Both the position numbers and the translations under genes were made by a program. Shown here piece by piece: positions 28,503 through 38,199 of a stretch of DNA of 64,000 bases. Source of the DNA: Terriglobia bacterium (lineage in GTDB: Bacteria; Acidobacteriota; Terriglobia; JAJPHL01; JAPKYU01); assembly GCA_965218055.1 (NCBI GenBank), contig CBDCKA010000002.1, forward strand, positions 1,136,514 through 1,200,513. The letters are read 5' to 3'. The notes below the pieces were generated by a model that saw nothing but the letters and a program-made list of their open reading frames with translations, did no database searches and was not told the DNA's origin. Within the stretch, counting starts at the first letter, position 1, and each line of letters opens with the position of its first letter.

Positions 28503-29016
28503 ATGACACCAGGGTAGTTAATTCCCAACCTCAGTGTCTAAATTACCCAGTCCAGGGCAAACAGCAACGAGGAAGCCAGCGAACGCGGCCGCATCGATCC
28601 GCGCCGTAGCGGCACTGTGAACCCCTCGAGCATGGCCGGTGTGACCTGGCTCGGAGCCAGCGCCGCCTCCAGGTTGCCCGGCAACTCGGCCAGGGGCGAC
28701 GGCCACTTCACCAGCAACCGAGGAGCCGGATACAAAACCAAAGCCTCGCGTCGCGACCGCTGCGGTTCGCGACTGAGTCCCAGCCGCACAAGAATCCGCA
28801 TGACTTTGTTTCTGTATTATAGGCGTAGGATGCTATGCAGGGAAGGGCAGCGATTCGAGAGTCCGGAATGCAGGTTCCACACTTCCCACTACATTGGCCA
28901 CTGCGTCGGCGACTGCATCGGCCAGTGAGATGAATACCTGAATGTCGCGTGGGCGCGGCGGTCGCCTGACGCGGGGCAAGCAGGATGCGGAGCGGGCCGA
29001 AGGCACTCCTGCTCGC

Positions 29017-29325
29017 TCAGTATTTCCCGACGGCTCGCTGAATACCGGGAAGGGCCTTGGTGAACTCGGCCTGATTCATGGCCGGAATAGCCTCGATATT
29101 CGCCTTCAAAGATAGCCAGAGCGGCTCGGCGATCGCGGATATCTGGTGGGTCTCCGCAAGGTCCACGACAAAATAGATGGTCCTCTGGCCGTGCTCTGCG
29201 CAGTAGTAGACGGCTTCCGGCTTCAGGTCGGACAGAATGTCCTGCATCACCTTGCCGAAGTTGGGATCGCGGACCAGCGCGTTGCCGGCCTCCACGGGAA
29301 TGGTTGCCTTTACTAAGAACCGCAT
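29017..29325 (-). CDS. small hypothetical protein (alpha+beta, possibly DUF3303-like)
   Basis: MRFLVKATIPVEAGNALVRDPNFGKVMQDILSDLKPEAVYYCAEHGQRTIYFVVDLAE…; an AAGGAGA Shine-Dalgarno lies 8 nt upstream of the ATG at 29325. Confidence 0.55.
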   Translation of the reverse strand: MRFLVKATIPVEAGNALVRDPNFGKVMQDILSDLKPEAVYYCAEHGQRTIYFVVDLAETHQISAIAEPLWLSLKANIEAIPAMNQAEFTKALPGIQRAVGKY

Positions 29326-29402
29326 GTGGTGTGTCTCCTTTTCCAAAAGATTCCAGCATTCTACCCTCAGAGGCCGGGATCTCATGACCGACCACTCAGG
29401 GG

Positions 29403-29515
29403 ATAGTGGGTCATTTTCCGGGAAGCCGACTATTCGCCCAACTGAGAGCGGGCCAGCTGAAACCGAGCCAGCTGAAACCGAGATTGATACCTGTCTATAA
29501 ACGCTAGCCCCTTAG
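29403..29515 (+). repeat. dispersed short repeat, type-1 long copy C, containing a 14-bp tandem duplication (CAGCTGAAACCGAG x2)
   Basis: ATAGTGGGTCATTTTCCGGGAAGCCGACTATTCGCCCAACTGAG…GATTGATA…AAACGCTAGCCCCTT aligns with copy D (62531-62600) over about 75 nt. Confidence 0.7.
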
Positions 29516-29719
29516 CCGGGACCCATCCGGCATTGCGGGTGACAAAGAGGTAGCTGAGCGCTTACTGTACCGCAATCGTGGGGGGTCTTGCTTTGGAAGC
29601 CGTCCTGGGTCTACTCTAACTGCCCCGGCGGCGACGGCTTCGAGGTTGGCGGATGTTGACTTTTCGCAGGGGCAAGTCCAAAACGGAAATCCCGGGCAAA
29701 CTGTCGGAGGAGGCAAACG

Positions 29720-30379
29720 ATGTCACTACGCATAAACGACGAAGCACCGAATTTCACCACCGAAACCACCCAAGGTAGGATCGACTTTCACGAATGGATT
29801 GGCGACGGCTGGGCGATCTTGTTTTCACACCCGAAAGATTTTACTCCGGTGTGCACTACCGAACTAGGCTATATGGCAGGGCTCCAACCTGAATTCAAAA
29901 AGCGGAACTGCAAGGTTATCGGGTTGAGCGTGGACCCGGTGAACAATCACAGCAAGTGGGCGGCGGATATCGAGGAGACTCAGGGTCATAAGGTGAACTA
30001 CCCGATGATCGGCGACCCGGAGCTCAAAGTCGCCAAGCTCTATGGCATGCTGCCGGCCCATACCGGGAATACCTCCGAGGGCCGTACCGCGGCGGACAAT
30101 GCCACCGTGCGTACGGTGTTCATGATTGGTCCAGACAGGAAGATCAAGCTGATGCTCAGCTACCCGATGAGCACCGGCCGCAACTTTGACGAAGTGCTGC
30201 GGGTCCTTGATTCGATGCAGCTCACGGCCAGGCACAAAGTTGCCACACCGGTGAACTGGAAGCATGGCGAAGATGTCATCATCCTGCCGTCGGTGTCGGA
30301 CGAGGAAGCGAAGCAGAAATTCGCCGGCGGCTGGAAGGCGCCTAAGCCTTATCTTCGCATCGTCGCCCAGCCGAAGTAG
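29720..30379 (+). CDS. peroxiredoxin (1-Cys Prx / Prx6-like, AhpC/TSA family)
   Basis: Peroxidatic-Cys motif DFTPVCTTELG and a GGAGGAGG Shine-Dalgarno. Confidence 0.9.
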   Translation: MSLRINDEAPNFTTETTQGRIDFHEWIGDGWAILFSHPKDFTPVCTTELGYMAGLQPEFKKRNCKVIGLSVDPVNNHSKWAADIEETQGHKVNYPMIGDPELKVAKLYGMLPAHTGNTSEGRTAADNATVRTVFMIGPDRKIKLMLSYPMSTGRNFDEVLRVLDSMQLTARHKVATPVNWKHGEDVIILPSVSDEEAKQKFAGGWKAPKPYLRIVAQPK

Positions 30380-30661
30380 CTTAAGTGTTGGCGCCGCGAC
30401 GGGGTCACACGCAAATTATAGCCGACCGCACAGTGACCGGTCGCGACGCGGGGCCCAAGAGGCCTTGAATGCGCTTCGGCTGCATAACCTCGTTACACTG
30501 GAACTCAGATGGAACTTCGGCGCCATCTGATTTCCTGTGCTGGCCAGCAGCCGGCGGTCCACGCCGGCTGCGGCTAGTTCATGCAGGAATGTCGCGTCCT
30601 GAATGCCGCGCCCGGCGATGGGGATGTCCGGCTCGGTCGGTTGGTTCCGCCAAGTCCGCAC

Positions 30662-31201
30662 CTACTTTTCTTTTGAGACCTTGACCATGATGTGGGCGTA
30701 CGGAGTGCCCTTCCACATCACGTAGACGGGGTCCTTCGGATCCGTGGAAAGCCCCTCTAGAGTGGCCGGATCTGGCACCAAGATCATGAGGTGCGGTCCT
30801 TCTTTGACCCAGTCGTCCTTGGTGGCTGGGTCGGTGGCGAACGGATCTGAATTGCTGACGCCGATGGCATCTCCCTCGCCGGCCAGCATGTAGGATATGC
30901 TGAACTCCTTGACGTCGATCGGCTTACGCTTCTGCAAGGAGGCGAGCGCCGCATCCCACTGAGCTTGGTTACACATCGGCCCGATGGCTGCCGTGCCCGG
31001 GTAGCAGGTCCAGCCGTTCGTACCCTTTCTCAGCACCTTGCCGTCAGGGGTCTTGATTGTGGCGTTCTTGGTAATGACCTCGGGAGCAGCGCTCTCGGCC
31101 TCGGCGATGAGCTTCGCCTCATGCTTGTCTGCCTCTGCCGCACCCGCCGCGAGGAGGCAGAGAGCCATGGATACTGCGAAAGACTTCACGTGCGTTTTCA
31201 T
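30662..31201 (-). CDS. secreted hypothetical protein
   Basis: Signal peptide MKTHVKSFAVSMALCLLAAGAAEA and a GAGGGG Shine-Dalgarno. The ORF extends to 31288 but the Met at 31201 is favoured. Confidence 0.55.
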   Translation of the reverse strand: MKTHVKSFAVSMALCLLAAGAAEADKHEAKLIAEAESAAPEVITKNATIKTPDGKVLRKGTNGWTCYPGTAAIGPMCNQAQWDAALASLQKRKPIDVKEFSISYMLAGEGDAIGVSNSDPFATDPATKDDWVKEGPHLMILVPDPATLEGLSTDPKDPVYVMWKGTPYAHIMVKVSKEK

Positions 31202-31465
31202 TTGGTACCCCTCATTCGATTCGTCTTTCCTAAACAGCTTGCGACGAATCGTGGAGCGGAAGTAAACCACACTCGTCCCCCTTTTCAAGCCCTCACTCGC
31301 CGAGCCACTTCACTTACCGCAAAGGCTATCCCACTCCCACTCAGGGGCTGAGCACGGACAGCAAACCAAAACTCCACAAAACTGAGCATCCGGGTTCTCT
31401 AACAAGCGGCGAGTTGGCGCAAGGCCAGAAGGGTCGTGGCCACGGTGGAGCCAAGGTGGAACAGC

Positions 31466-32529
31466 TCAGTCGCGGATTGTGTACTGGCGGGACTGGCCGG
31501 TGCGGCCGTTGGTGACGGTATAACTTGTTCCGTCGGGGGCCACTGCGACTTTGATCAGGTGCCCCTGGCACTCCTTTTCCGTGCCCAGATTGGCGATCAG
31601 CTCCGGCGCCGTGTTCCCCTTGTCGCCGTAGTCCAGGTTCCGATGCCCCTGGTAGATGTCCTCCAGGCTGGGGAGCGAGCGCAACGTTTTCATCACCTCG
31701 GGGTAGATGCCCTTGTGGGCCCCGTTGTTTGCCACCGCCACCTGCGGCTTTATGCTGCGCAGTAACACCGGATTGCTGCTGCTGTCGAGGCCGTGGTGGG
31801 TCACCTGGTAGAGATCCACCCTGCCGATCACATTCACCGGGCAGGCCAACTTATGCTCGATGTTCCAGGTCAGATCGCCCAGGTCCAGGAAGCGGAAGTT
31901 GCCTAGGGTGAGCACGAAGCCCAGGCTGAGTGCGTTGTCGCTGGGATCCTCGGGCTTTGGCTTAGCCTGCTTGCACTCAGGGTTCTTTCTAGCAGTCCTG
32001 AGCGCAATCGTCTCGCCGTCCGAAGCCACCGCCAGCAGCCCGATGCGTGCCGCACCCTCAGCCTGCTTCAGCCGAATTTCGTCGCCAGGGCGCAGCGCTT
32101 GCCTCTTCCCCTTGGTCACCTTCCCATAGGCTTTGAACAACTCTGGGTCTTCGGCGAGATCGGTCCGCTTGTGGTCGTAGAACTTGCCAATGGGGATCAG
32201 TTCGCTGAGCTCGGCCAATCCGCCGTAGTGGTCGCCGTGGTAGTGGCTCGTCAGCAGGTGGTCTATGCGCTCCAACCCCGCCTGCCGCGCTGCCTGGTGA
32301 ATGCGTTTGGCGTCCCGGCCGTCATTTCCGGAGAAGCCGGTATCCATCAGCAGCGATTCGCCGGCGGGCGTGACGATCAGCGTGGCAGCTCCTCCTTCCG
32401 CGTCCACAAAGTAAATTTCCAGTGGCCGGGCGCTGGCGGGAGCCTCGGCGTCGGCAGCAGGCTCCGGGGGAACGGCCGGCTGGCAGGCCACCAGAAGGGT
32501 CAGTACAAGAAAGCCAATCAATCGTCTCA
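31466..32529 (-). CDS. MBL-fold metallo-hydrolase lipoprotein (ComEC-like lactamase_B domain)
   Basis: Lipobox LLVAC and …LEIYFVDAEGGAATLIVTPAGESLLMDTGF…HYHGDHYGG (HxHxDH motif). Confidence 0.75.
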
Positions 32530-32755
32530 TAAGCCCCAAGATATCATAAAGATGTCGCGAGGCAGCCGGGCATTGCTGAGCTTGGGGCCCCTCCCCCAGA
32601 AAAACGGTATCCGCATGGACCAGGACGTTGTACAATGTTGGCCTCGTAGCCGTCGTGGCCAGCGCAGGACGGTTCCCCCTGGAAGCCTGAGTGGCCCGGG
32701 TAGATGACCGGTTGGCGGAGTGGTCTTTCTTCTGGGTCAGGAAGGGGAGATACCG

Positions 32756-33958
32756 ATGACGATGCAAAGAAAACTGTTGGTGTCGCTCGTAATCCCGGTA
32801 ATGGTAACCATGGCAGTTCTCTCCATAACTGCCGGGACCGCAGCCGCCCAAGGCTGGGAAGACCTTTTCGAGGACACTACGCTTGATGAGAGTCATTGGG
32901 TTATCGAGGCCTGGGACCACCCGAACCCGAGATACGGGCCCCCGGGATTCATAGCCAACAACCACGTTGGGTATTACCTGGCAGAACACGTAACGCTGGA
33001 CAACGGATCCCTTCGCCTGCGTCTGAACCAAGCGGAGAGTAACGAGGGCGGTACGCTGTGGGTTGTCTCTTCAGGTGCCCTAATCTTTACCCAGCAGACT
33101 TACGGTTACGGCACCTACGAGTGGAGGATGAGGATGTCTTCCACGGCTGCCACTCCGTTCGGTGAAGGATCTCCCACACCAGGAGGCGTCTCTGCCGGTT
33201 TCATTTATGTGGATAACTCAACCACAGAAATCGACATTGAGTATTCGGGCCATGTTTTAGAAGACGCGGACTCTTCAAACGACGAAAGAATTTACATGGG
33301 GAACTGGCACAATCAGGACCCGTCCAGAGATCCTGAGGGCTCGGAGTCCACTTTCTCTACGCCGACGGTCCCTGGTGCCAACAGTGAATTTCACACGTAC
33401 AAGTTCATCTGGGAAGAAGGGAAGATCACCTTCTTTGTTGACGACGTCTATCAGGCCGAACACACAACGAATGTGCCCAGCGCCCCCGCTCACTTCATGA
33501 TCAATCACTGGGGAACCAATAGGCCCGGTGGGTTCGGGGGTGGGGCGACACTCGGAGTAGACCGTTACTTCCACGTGGACTGGGTAAAGTTTACGCCGCA
33601 AGAAGGCGCGCCGCCCCCACCGCCAGCTCCGCCGACAGCCCCGAGCAGTTTGACGGCTAGCGCAGGTTCAATAACTACGGGCAAAGGCAAGAACAGAGTG
33701 ATCCAAGAGGTATTTGTGGATCTGGCCTGGCAGGATAATTCCACCAATGAAGACAGCTTCATCATTGAGCGCTGCCAAGTCGCTGGAAAAGGAAAGAATA
33801 AGTCCTGCAATTTCGCCCAGCTTGCAGAGGTTGCAAACGTCACCACGTTCCACGATTCTGGCGTTGCACGCCGGACGACGTACCAATATCGGGTGAAGGC
33901 GCGCAACCCAAACGGCGATTCGCCATCCTCGAACATCGCGCAGGCCAAAACGCGATAG
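32756..33958 (+). CDS. glycoside hydrolase family 16 (laminarinase-like) with C-terminal fibronectin-III-like domain
   Basis: Signal peptide, the GH16 catalytic motif TEIDIEYSG (E-I-D-I-E), a Pro-rich linker and an FN3-like tail. Confidence 0.8.
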   Translation: MTMQRKLLVSLVIPVMVTMAVLSITAGTAAAQGWEDLFEDTTLDESHWVIEAWDHPNPRYGPPGFIANNHVGYYLAEHVTLDNGSLRLRLNQAESNEGGTLWVVSSGALIFTQQTYGYGTYEWRMRMSSTAATPFGEGSPTPGGVSAGFIYVDNSTTEIDIEYSGHVLEDADSSNDERIYMGNWHNQDPSRDPEGSESTFSTPTVPGANSEFHTYKFIWEEGKITFFVDDVYQAEHTTNVPSAPAHFMINHWGTNRPGGFGGGATLGVDRYFHVDWVKFTPQEGAPPPPPAPPTAPSSLTASAGSITTGKGKNRVIQEVFVDLAWQDNSTNEDSFIIERCQVAGKGKNKSCNFAQLAEVANVTTFHDSGVARRTTYQYRVKARNPNGDSPSSNIAQAKTR

Positions 33959-34061
33959 TCACCTTTCACCCCTGAGAACCCCTCCAACTTCCTCCAGCGG
34001 AAGAAAGGATTTCCTTGCCACTGGGACGCACCTTGAGATAGAAGGACGCGGCGGGGAAACC

Positions 34062-34727
34062 ATGCATTCGGTTGGTCCAACCTGGGCGGCGATCTGTCTT
34101 GTATTACTGGTGGGTGGGTGCCGCCAGGCCGGAGCGCAAGCTTTGCCCCGGCTATTGAGACAGGTCGCGGCAGCGCCCCCGCAGCAACAAGAGGGCACCC
34201 AGCGTGGCACAAACGATGCTCGCTGGAGTCGCGGCGCCACCGAGTGGAGCATTTTCTCCGGCGGCGGACCGTCGATCAGTGGCGGGGTAGGCGACCGCGG
34301 TTTCTGGTTTGTGTCTGGACGCTGGGGACGCCAGATTACTGCTGAGAGCGGCGACTCCTGGGCCCGGGGCCATCTCCAGTACGCCATCGAGGCTATGCCG
34401 CTTTACCTGCATTTCCAGTCCAAAACCGTCTATGGCGCCGGCATCACTCCCTTGCTGCTGCGCTACCACTTCACCCGCCCGCAAAGGTTTGTGCCGTTCC
34501 TGGAGGGGGGCGCCGGAATCCTGGCCACCACCGAGCAGGTGCCGGAGGGCACCTCACGCTTCAACTTTACCCCGCAGGCCGGCGTGGGTTTGCAGTACGT
34601 GCCCGCAACCGGCCCCAGCTGGACCGTCGGCGTCCGCTATCACCACACGTCAAACGCCGGGATCTCCAGACGAAACCCCGGCGTCAACGCGATCGTCTTC
34701 CACGCCGGCATCTCCTGGTGGAAGTGA
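34062..34727 (+). CDS. PagL-like lipid A 3-O-deacylase / acyloxyacyl hydrolase (outer membrane)
   Basis: C-terminal …VGVRYHHTSNAGISRRNPGVNAIVFHAGISWWK matches the PagL His/Ser catalytic block; lipoprotein-like signal peptide. Confidence 0.7.
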   Translation: MHSVGPTWAAICLVLLVGGCRQAGAQALPRLLRQVAAAPPQQQEGTQRGTNDARWSRGATEWSIFSGGGPSISGGVGDRGFWFVSGRWGRQITAESGDSWARGHLQYAIEAMPLYLHFQSKTVYGAGITPLLLRYHFTRPQRFVPFLEGGAGILATTEQVPEGTSRFNFTPQAGVGLQYVPATGPSWTVGVRYHHTSNAGISRRNPGVNAIVFHAGISWWK

Positions 34728-34815
34728 TCGGCTTGCCGCGGCGCTTCCTTCTTGCGCCCCATCTGTATGGTCCTTGGGCCGCCGGTATGTTCTGTGAACT
34801 GGTAGATGAGTTCCA

Positions 34816-36132
34816 ATGGGCGAGACGCAGTCGCAGACGCTAACCCCTGAACGTTCGCAGCCCCCCCGGTTGTATCGCTGGGCCGTGCTGGTGTTCCTGA
34901 GCGTCGCGATGGCGGGCAACTACTACGCTTTCGACAGCATCAGCCCGCTGGCCGACGTTCTGAAGCAGCAACTGGGCTTTTCCGATTCCAACATCGGCCT
35001 GCTCAACGCCATCTACAGCATTCCCAATGTCTTCATGGTGCTGCTCGGCGGATTCCTGATTGACCGCATCGGCACCAAGCGGGCCACCTTCATTTTTGGA
35101 GTGCTCTGCCTGCTGGGGGCGGCGCTGACAGCCGCCACCGAGCAGCTGGCCATGATGGCTGCAGGACGACTCGTGTTCGGCATCGGCGCCGAGTCGCTGA
35201 TTGTCTCGGTCACAACGGCTCTAGCCAAGTGGTTTCGCGGTAAGGAACTCGGCTTCGCCTTCGGCCTGAACCTCAGCATTGCGCGGCTGGGCTCCTTTGT
35301 CGCTTTGAATTCGCCCACCTGGGCGGGCCGCTACTACGAGCACTGGCAATGGCCCCTGCTGCTGGCGGTCGGCTTCAGCGGCTTTTGCGTCGCCGGCGCC
35401 ATCATTTACTGGCTCCTGGAGAACCACGCGGAGCGAACCTACGAGCTGGGGCAGGCCGGGACCACAGACAAGGTGGTGATCGGTGACATCTTCAGGTTCG
35501 GAAGGTCCTACTGGTACATTGTGGCCCTTTGCGTCACGTTCTATTCGGCCATTTTCCCCTTCCAGACCTTTGCGGTGAAATTTTTCATCGAGGCGCACGG
35601 GACCTCGCGTGAGGCTGGCGGCTTCCTCTCCAGCATGCTCACCCTGTTCGCTATGATCGCCACGCCGCTGTTCGGCCTGCTGGTGGACCGGGTGGGCAAG
35701 CGGTCGCTGTTGATGATGTTCGGCTCGCTGCTACTGGTGCCGGTGTACCTGATGATGGCCTACACGGGCCTCTCGCTCTACATCCCGATGGCGATGATGG
35801 GCGTGGCCTTTTCGCTGATCCCGGCGGTGATGTGGCCTTCGGTGGCCTACATCGTGGATCAGCGCCGGTTGGGCACCGCCTACGGGCTGATGACCATGAT
35901 CCAGAACATCGGCCTGGCCGGGTTCAACCTGCTGGTGGGCTGGGCGAACGACTATACGGGCGCCAGCGCCGCCAACCCCGGCGGCTATGCCCTGGGGATG
36001 TGGATTTTCTCTGTCCTGGGTGTTTGCGGCGTTTTGTTCTCCTGGCTGCTCCGCCGGCAGGAGACCGGCCCCCACGCCCACGGCCTGGAAACCATCACCA
36101 CCGCTTCTGGCACAACGGCTTCGGCCGGATAG
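34816..36132 (+). CDS. MFS transporter
   Basis: 12-TM protein of the MFS type. Confidence 0.8.
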   Translation: MGETQSQTLTPERSQPPRLYRWAVLVFLSVAMAGNYYAFDSISPLADVLKQQLGFSDSNIGLLNAIYSIPNVFMVLLGGFLIDRIGTKRATFIFGVLCLLGAALTAATEQLAMMAAGRLVFGIGAESLIVSVTTALAKWFRGKELGFAFGLNLSIARLGSFVALNSPTWAGRYYEHWQWPLLLAVGFSGFCVAGAIIYWLLENHAERTYELGQAGTTDKVVIGDIFRFGRSYWYIVALCVTFYSAIFPFQTFAVKFFIEAHGTSREAGGFLSSMLTLFAMIATPLFGLLVDRVGKRSLLMMFGSLLLVPVYLMMAYTGLSLYIPMAMMGVAFSLIPAVMWPSVAYIVDQRRLGTAYGLMTMIQNIGLAGFNLLVGWANDYTGASAANPGGYALGMWIFSVLGVCGVLFSWLLRRQETGPHAHGLETITTASGTTASAG

Positions 36133-36170
36133 GGCTGATCAAGAAATTTACTGCAAGGCACACCGAGACC

Positions 36171-36701
36171 CTAGATGGAGAACTCCTTCTTCACCTTCGC
36201 GGATTTTTCGGCGACGGTGCGGGCCAGCCGCTGCTTATGCTGGCGCAGGCGCTCGGCCAACTTGCCGTCCGCGGTGGCGATGATCTCGGCCGCGTAGATG
36301 GCGGCGTTCACCGCGCCAGCCTTCCCCACGGCCATCACCCCCACGGGCACCCCGCCCGGCATCTGCACTGCGGCCAGCAGCGAGTCCATGCCCGACAGCG
36401 CCGTGTTCGCGATGGGCACGGCGATCACCGGCAGGGTGGTCTCGGCGGCAATGGCGCCTCCCAAATGAAACGCGCCGCCAGCCCCCACAACGATGGCCTT
36501 CAGGCCGCGCTTCACCGCGGTGCGCGCGTATTCTGCCGCGCGCGCCGGCGAGCGATGCGCGCTCGCGATCTCCACTTCAAAGGGAATGCCGAACTCCTTC
36601 AGCGTCCGGGCGGTTTCCGTCATCAACGGCAGGTCCGAATCACTGCCCATCACGATCCCTACCAGGGGGCGCGGCTTGGAGCTTGCTTTGGCGCTGCTCA
36701 T
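36171..36701 (-). CDS. purE: 5-(carboxyamino)imidazole ribonucleotide mutase
   Basis: …IVMGSDSDLPLM…VGAGGAFHLGG…; 4-nt overlap with purD upstream. Confidence 0.9.
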   Translation of the reverse strand: MSSAKASSKPRPLVGIVMGSDSDLPLMTETARTLKEFGIPFEVEIASAHRSPARAAEYARTAVKRGLKAIVVGAGGAFHLGGAIAAETTLPVIAVPIANTALSGMDSLLAAVQMPGGVPVGVMAVGKAGAVNAAIYAAEIIATADGKLAERLRQHKQRLARTVAEKSAKVKKEFSI

Positions 36702-37978
36702 GCGGGTTTCCTCGTCAATCCCTTTCTGCCGATGTCGCGGCGGTAATGGATACCTTCGAAGCGAATTTTTTCCACGGCGGCATACACCCGGGAGATGGCC
36801 TCGCGCAGGTCGTTTCCCGGGGCGGTGACGCCCAGCACGCGCCCGCCGGCGGTGACGTACTGGCCGTCGCGGAACCGCGTGCCGGCGTGAAACACTTTTA
36901 CGCCGGGTAGCGCTTCGGCTTCGCTCAGGCCGGCGATGGGTTTGTCGCGCGCGAACTCGCCTGGGTACCCGCCCGAGGTAGCTACCACACAAACGGTCGC
37001 ACCCGCCGACCACTCCGGCCGGATAGCAGCCAGGCCGCCGCCTGCTGCGGCCTCGAGCACTGGTACCAGGTCCGACGTCAGCCGCATCACCAGCGGCTGG
37101 GTCTCCGGGTCGCCGAAGCGTGCATTGTATTCCAGCAAGCACGGGCCTTCGGCTGTAATCATCAGCCCGAAATACAGGATGCCACAGTATGGGGTCCCTT
37201 CGGCGGCCATACCGGCTAGAGTCGGCTGCACGATCTCATCCATGATACGCCGGCGAAGCGTTTCAGAAAGGATGGCATCCTCGCAATAGGCGCCCATGCC
37301 GCCGGTGTTGGGCCCCTGGTCGTTGTCGAAGACCGGTTTGTGGTCCTGCGTCGGCGCGAGCGCTAGCGCCGTTTCCCCGTCGGTCACCACCGTAAAGGTG
37401 ACTTCTTCTCCGGACAGAAAGCGCTCCAGCACCAGGCAGCGGCCGGCCTTGCCTACCAGCTCTCCGGAGAGCATCCCTTCCAGGGTCAGTTCAGCCTGGT
37501 GGGCGTCAGCGGCCACTACCACACCCTTTCCGGCGGCCAGGCCGTCGGCCTTCAACACTACCGGAAAACCGAAGCGAGCCAGATGTTGACGGGCATCCTG
37601 TAGATGCTCCGAGACCACGAACTCCGCCGTGGGGATACCGTGGCGCTCGGCGAACTGCTTGGCGAAAATCTTGCTTCCCTCCAGTCGCGCGGCGGCGCGC
37701 GTGGGACCGACGATGCGCAGCCCCCGGGCCTGAAACTCATCCACCACGCCCGCCACCAGCGGCGCTTCCGGTCCTACGACGGTCAGCTCGGCCCCCAGAC
37801 GCAGAGCCAGTTCGGCCATCTCTGCCGGGCGCAGGATGTCTCCGCGCTCGAGCGTCGCTTCACCTGCGATGCCGGCATTGCCTGGCACGCAATAGACCTG
37901 CTCGACATGCGGGCTCTGCCTCAGCTTCCACACCAGCGCGTGTTCGCGTCCGCCGGAGCCCAGTACCAGGATTTTCAT
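36698..37978 (-). CDS. purD: phosphoribosylamine--glycine ligase
   Basis: MKILVLGSGGREHALVWKL… and an ATP-grasp core. The start could equally be 37987. Confidence 0.9.
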   Translation of the reverse strand: MKILVLGSGGREHALVWKLRQSPHVEQVYCVPGNAGIAGEATLERGDILRPAEMAELALRLGAELTVVGPEAPLVAGVVDEFQARGLRIVGPTRAAARLEGSKIFAKQFAERHGIPTAEFVVSEHLQDARQHLARFGFPVVLKADGLAAGKGVVVAADAHQAELTLEGMLSGELVGKAGRCLVLERFLSGEEVTFTVVTDGETALALAPTQDHKPVFDNDQGPNTGGMGAYCEDAILSETLRRRIMDEIVQPTLAGMAAEGTPYCGILYFGLMITAEGPCLLEYNARFGDPETQPLVMRLTSDLVPVLEAAAGGGLAAIRPEWSAGATVCVVATSGGYPGEFARDKPIAGLSEAEALPGVKVFHAGTRFRDGQYVTAGGRVLGVTAPGNDLREAISRVYAAVEKIRFEGIHYRRDIGRKGLTRKPA

Positions 37979-38199
37979 CTGCGCCATGATCGGGAAGTTG
38001 TCATTATGCCGTGCCACCGCCCTCTGTCAACACCCAGTCGGCGCAGAGTTGCGCGACCACCTGAGCCTTTGCCCCGGCCGACGTCGTTTGAGATGAGCTT
38101 GAGTCGGCAGGGCTGCTGACATATGCTCTTGGGCGATATGCAACAGCGCTGTGGCCGAGATGAAGGGGCGGGGCCAAGCGCCAAGCTCCTGAACACCCC

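Larger units (their letters stand above)
27415..28558 (-). mobile_element. IS3-family insertion sequence, copy 3 (1144 bp, complete, no target-site duplication)
   Basis: Same terminal repeats and orfA/orfB as copy 1. The flanking tetranucleotides ATCG and AACA differ. Confidence 0.9.

Noticed and set aside
27415-28558. Target-site duplication for IS3 copy 3 (and copies 1 and 2)
   Set aside because: The flanking tetranucleotides differ (ATCG/AACA; CGAG/nested). Only copy 4 has a real duplication (GCCT).
28559-28801. 87-aa minus-strand ORF abutting the left end of IS3 copy 3 (possible 5' gene remnant)
   Set aside because: The translation is Arg/Pro/Leu-rich with no recognisable domain, and its C-terminal residues are IS-derived. 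It cannot be told apart from chance ORFs.
35832-36746. 304-aa plus-strand ORF spanning the end of the MFS gene and purE
   Set aside because: Low-complexity His/Arg/Gly-rich translation; purE on the opposite strand is unambiguous.
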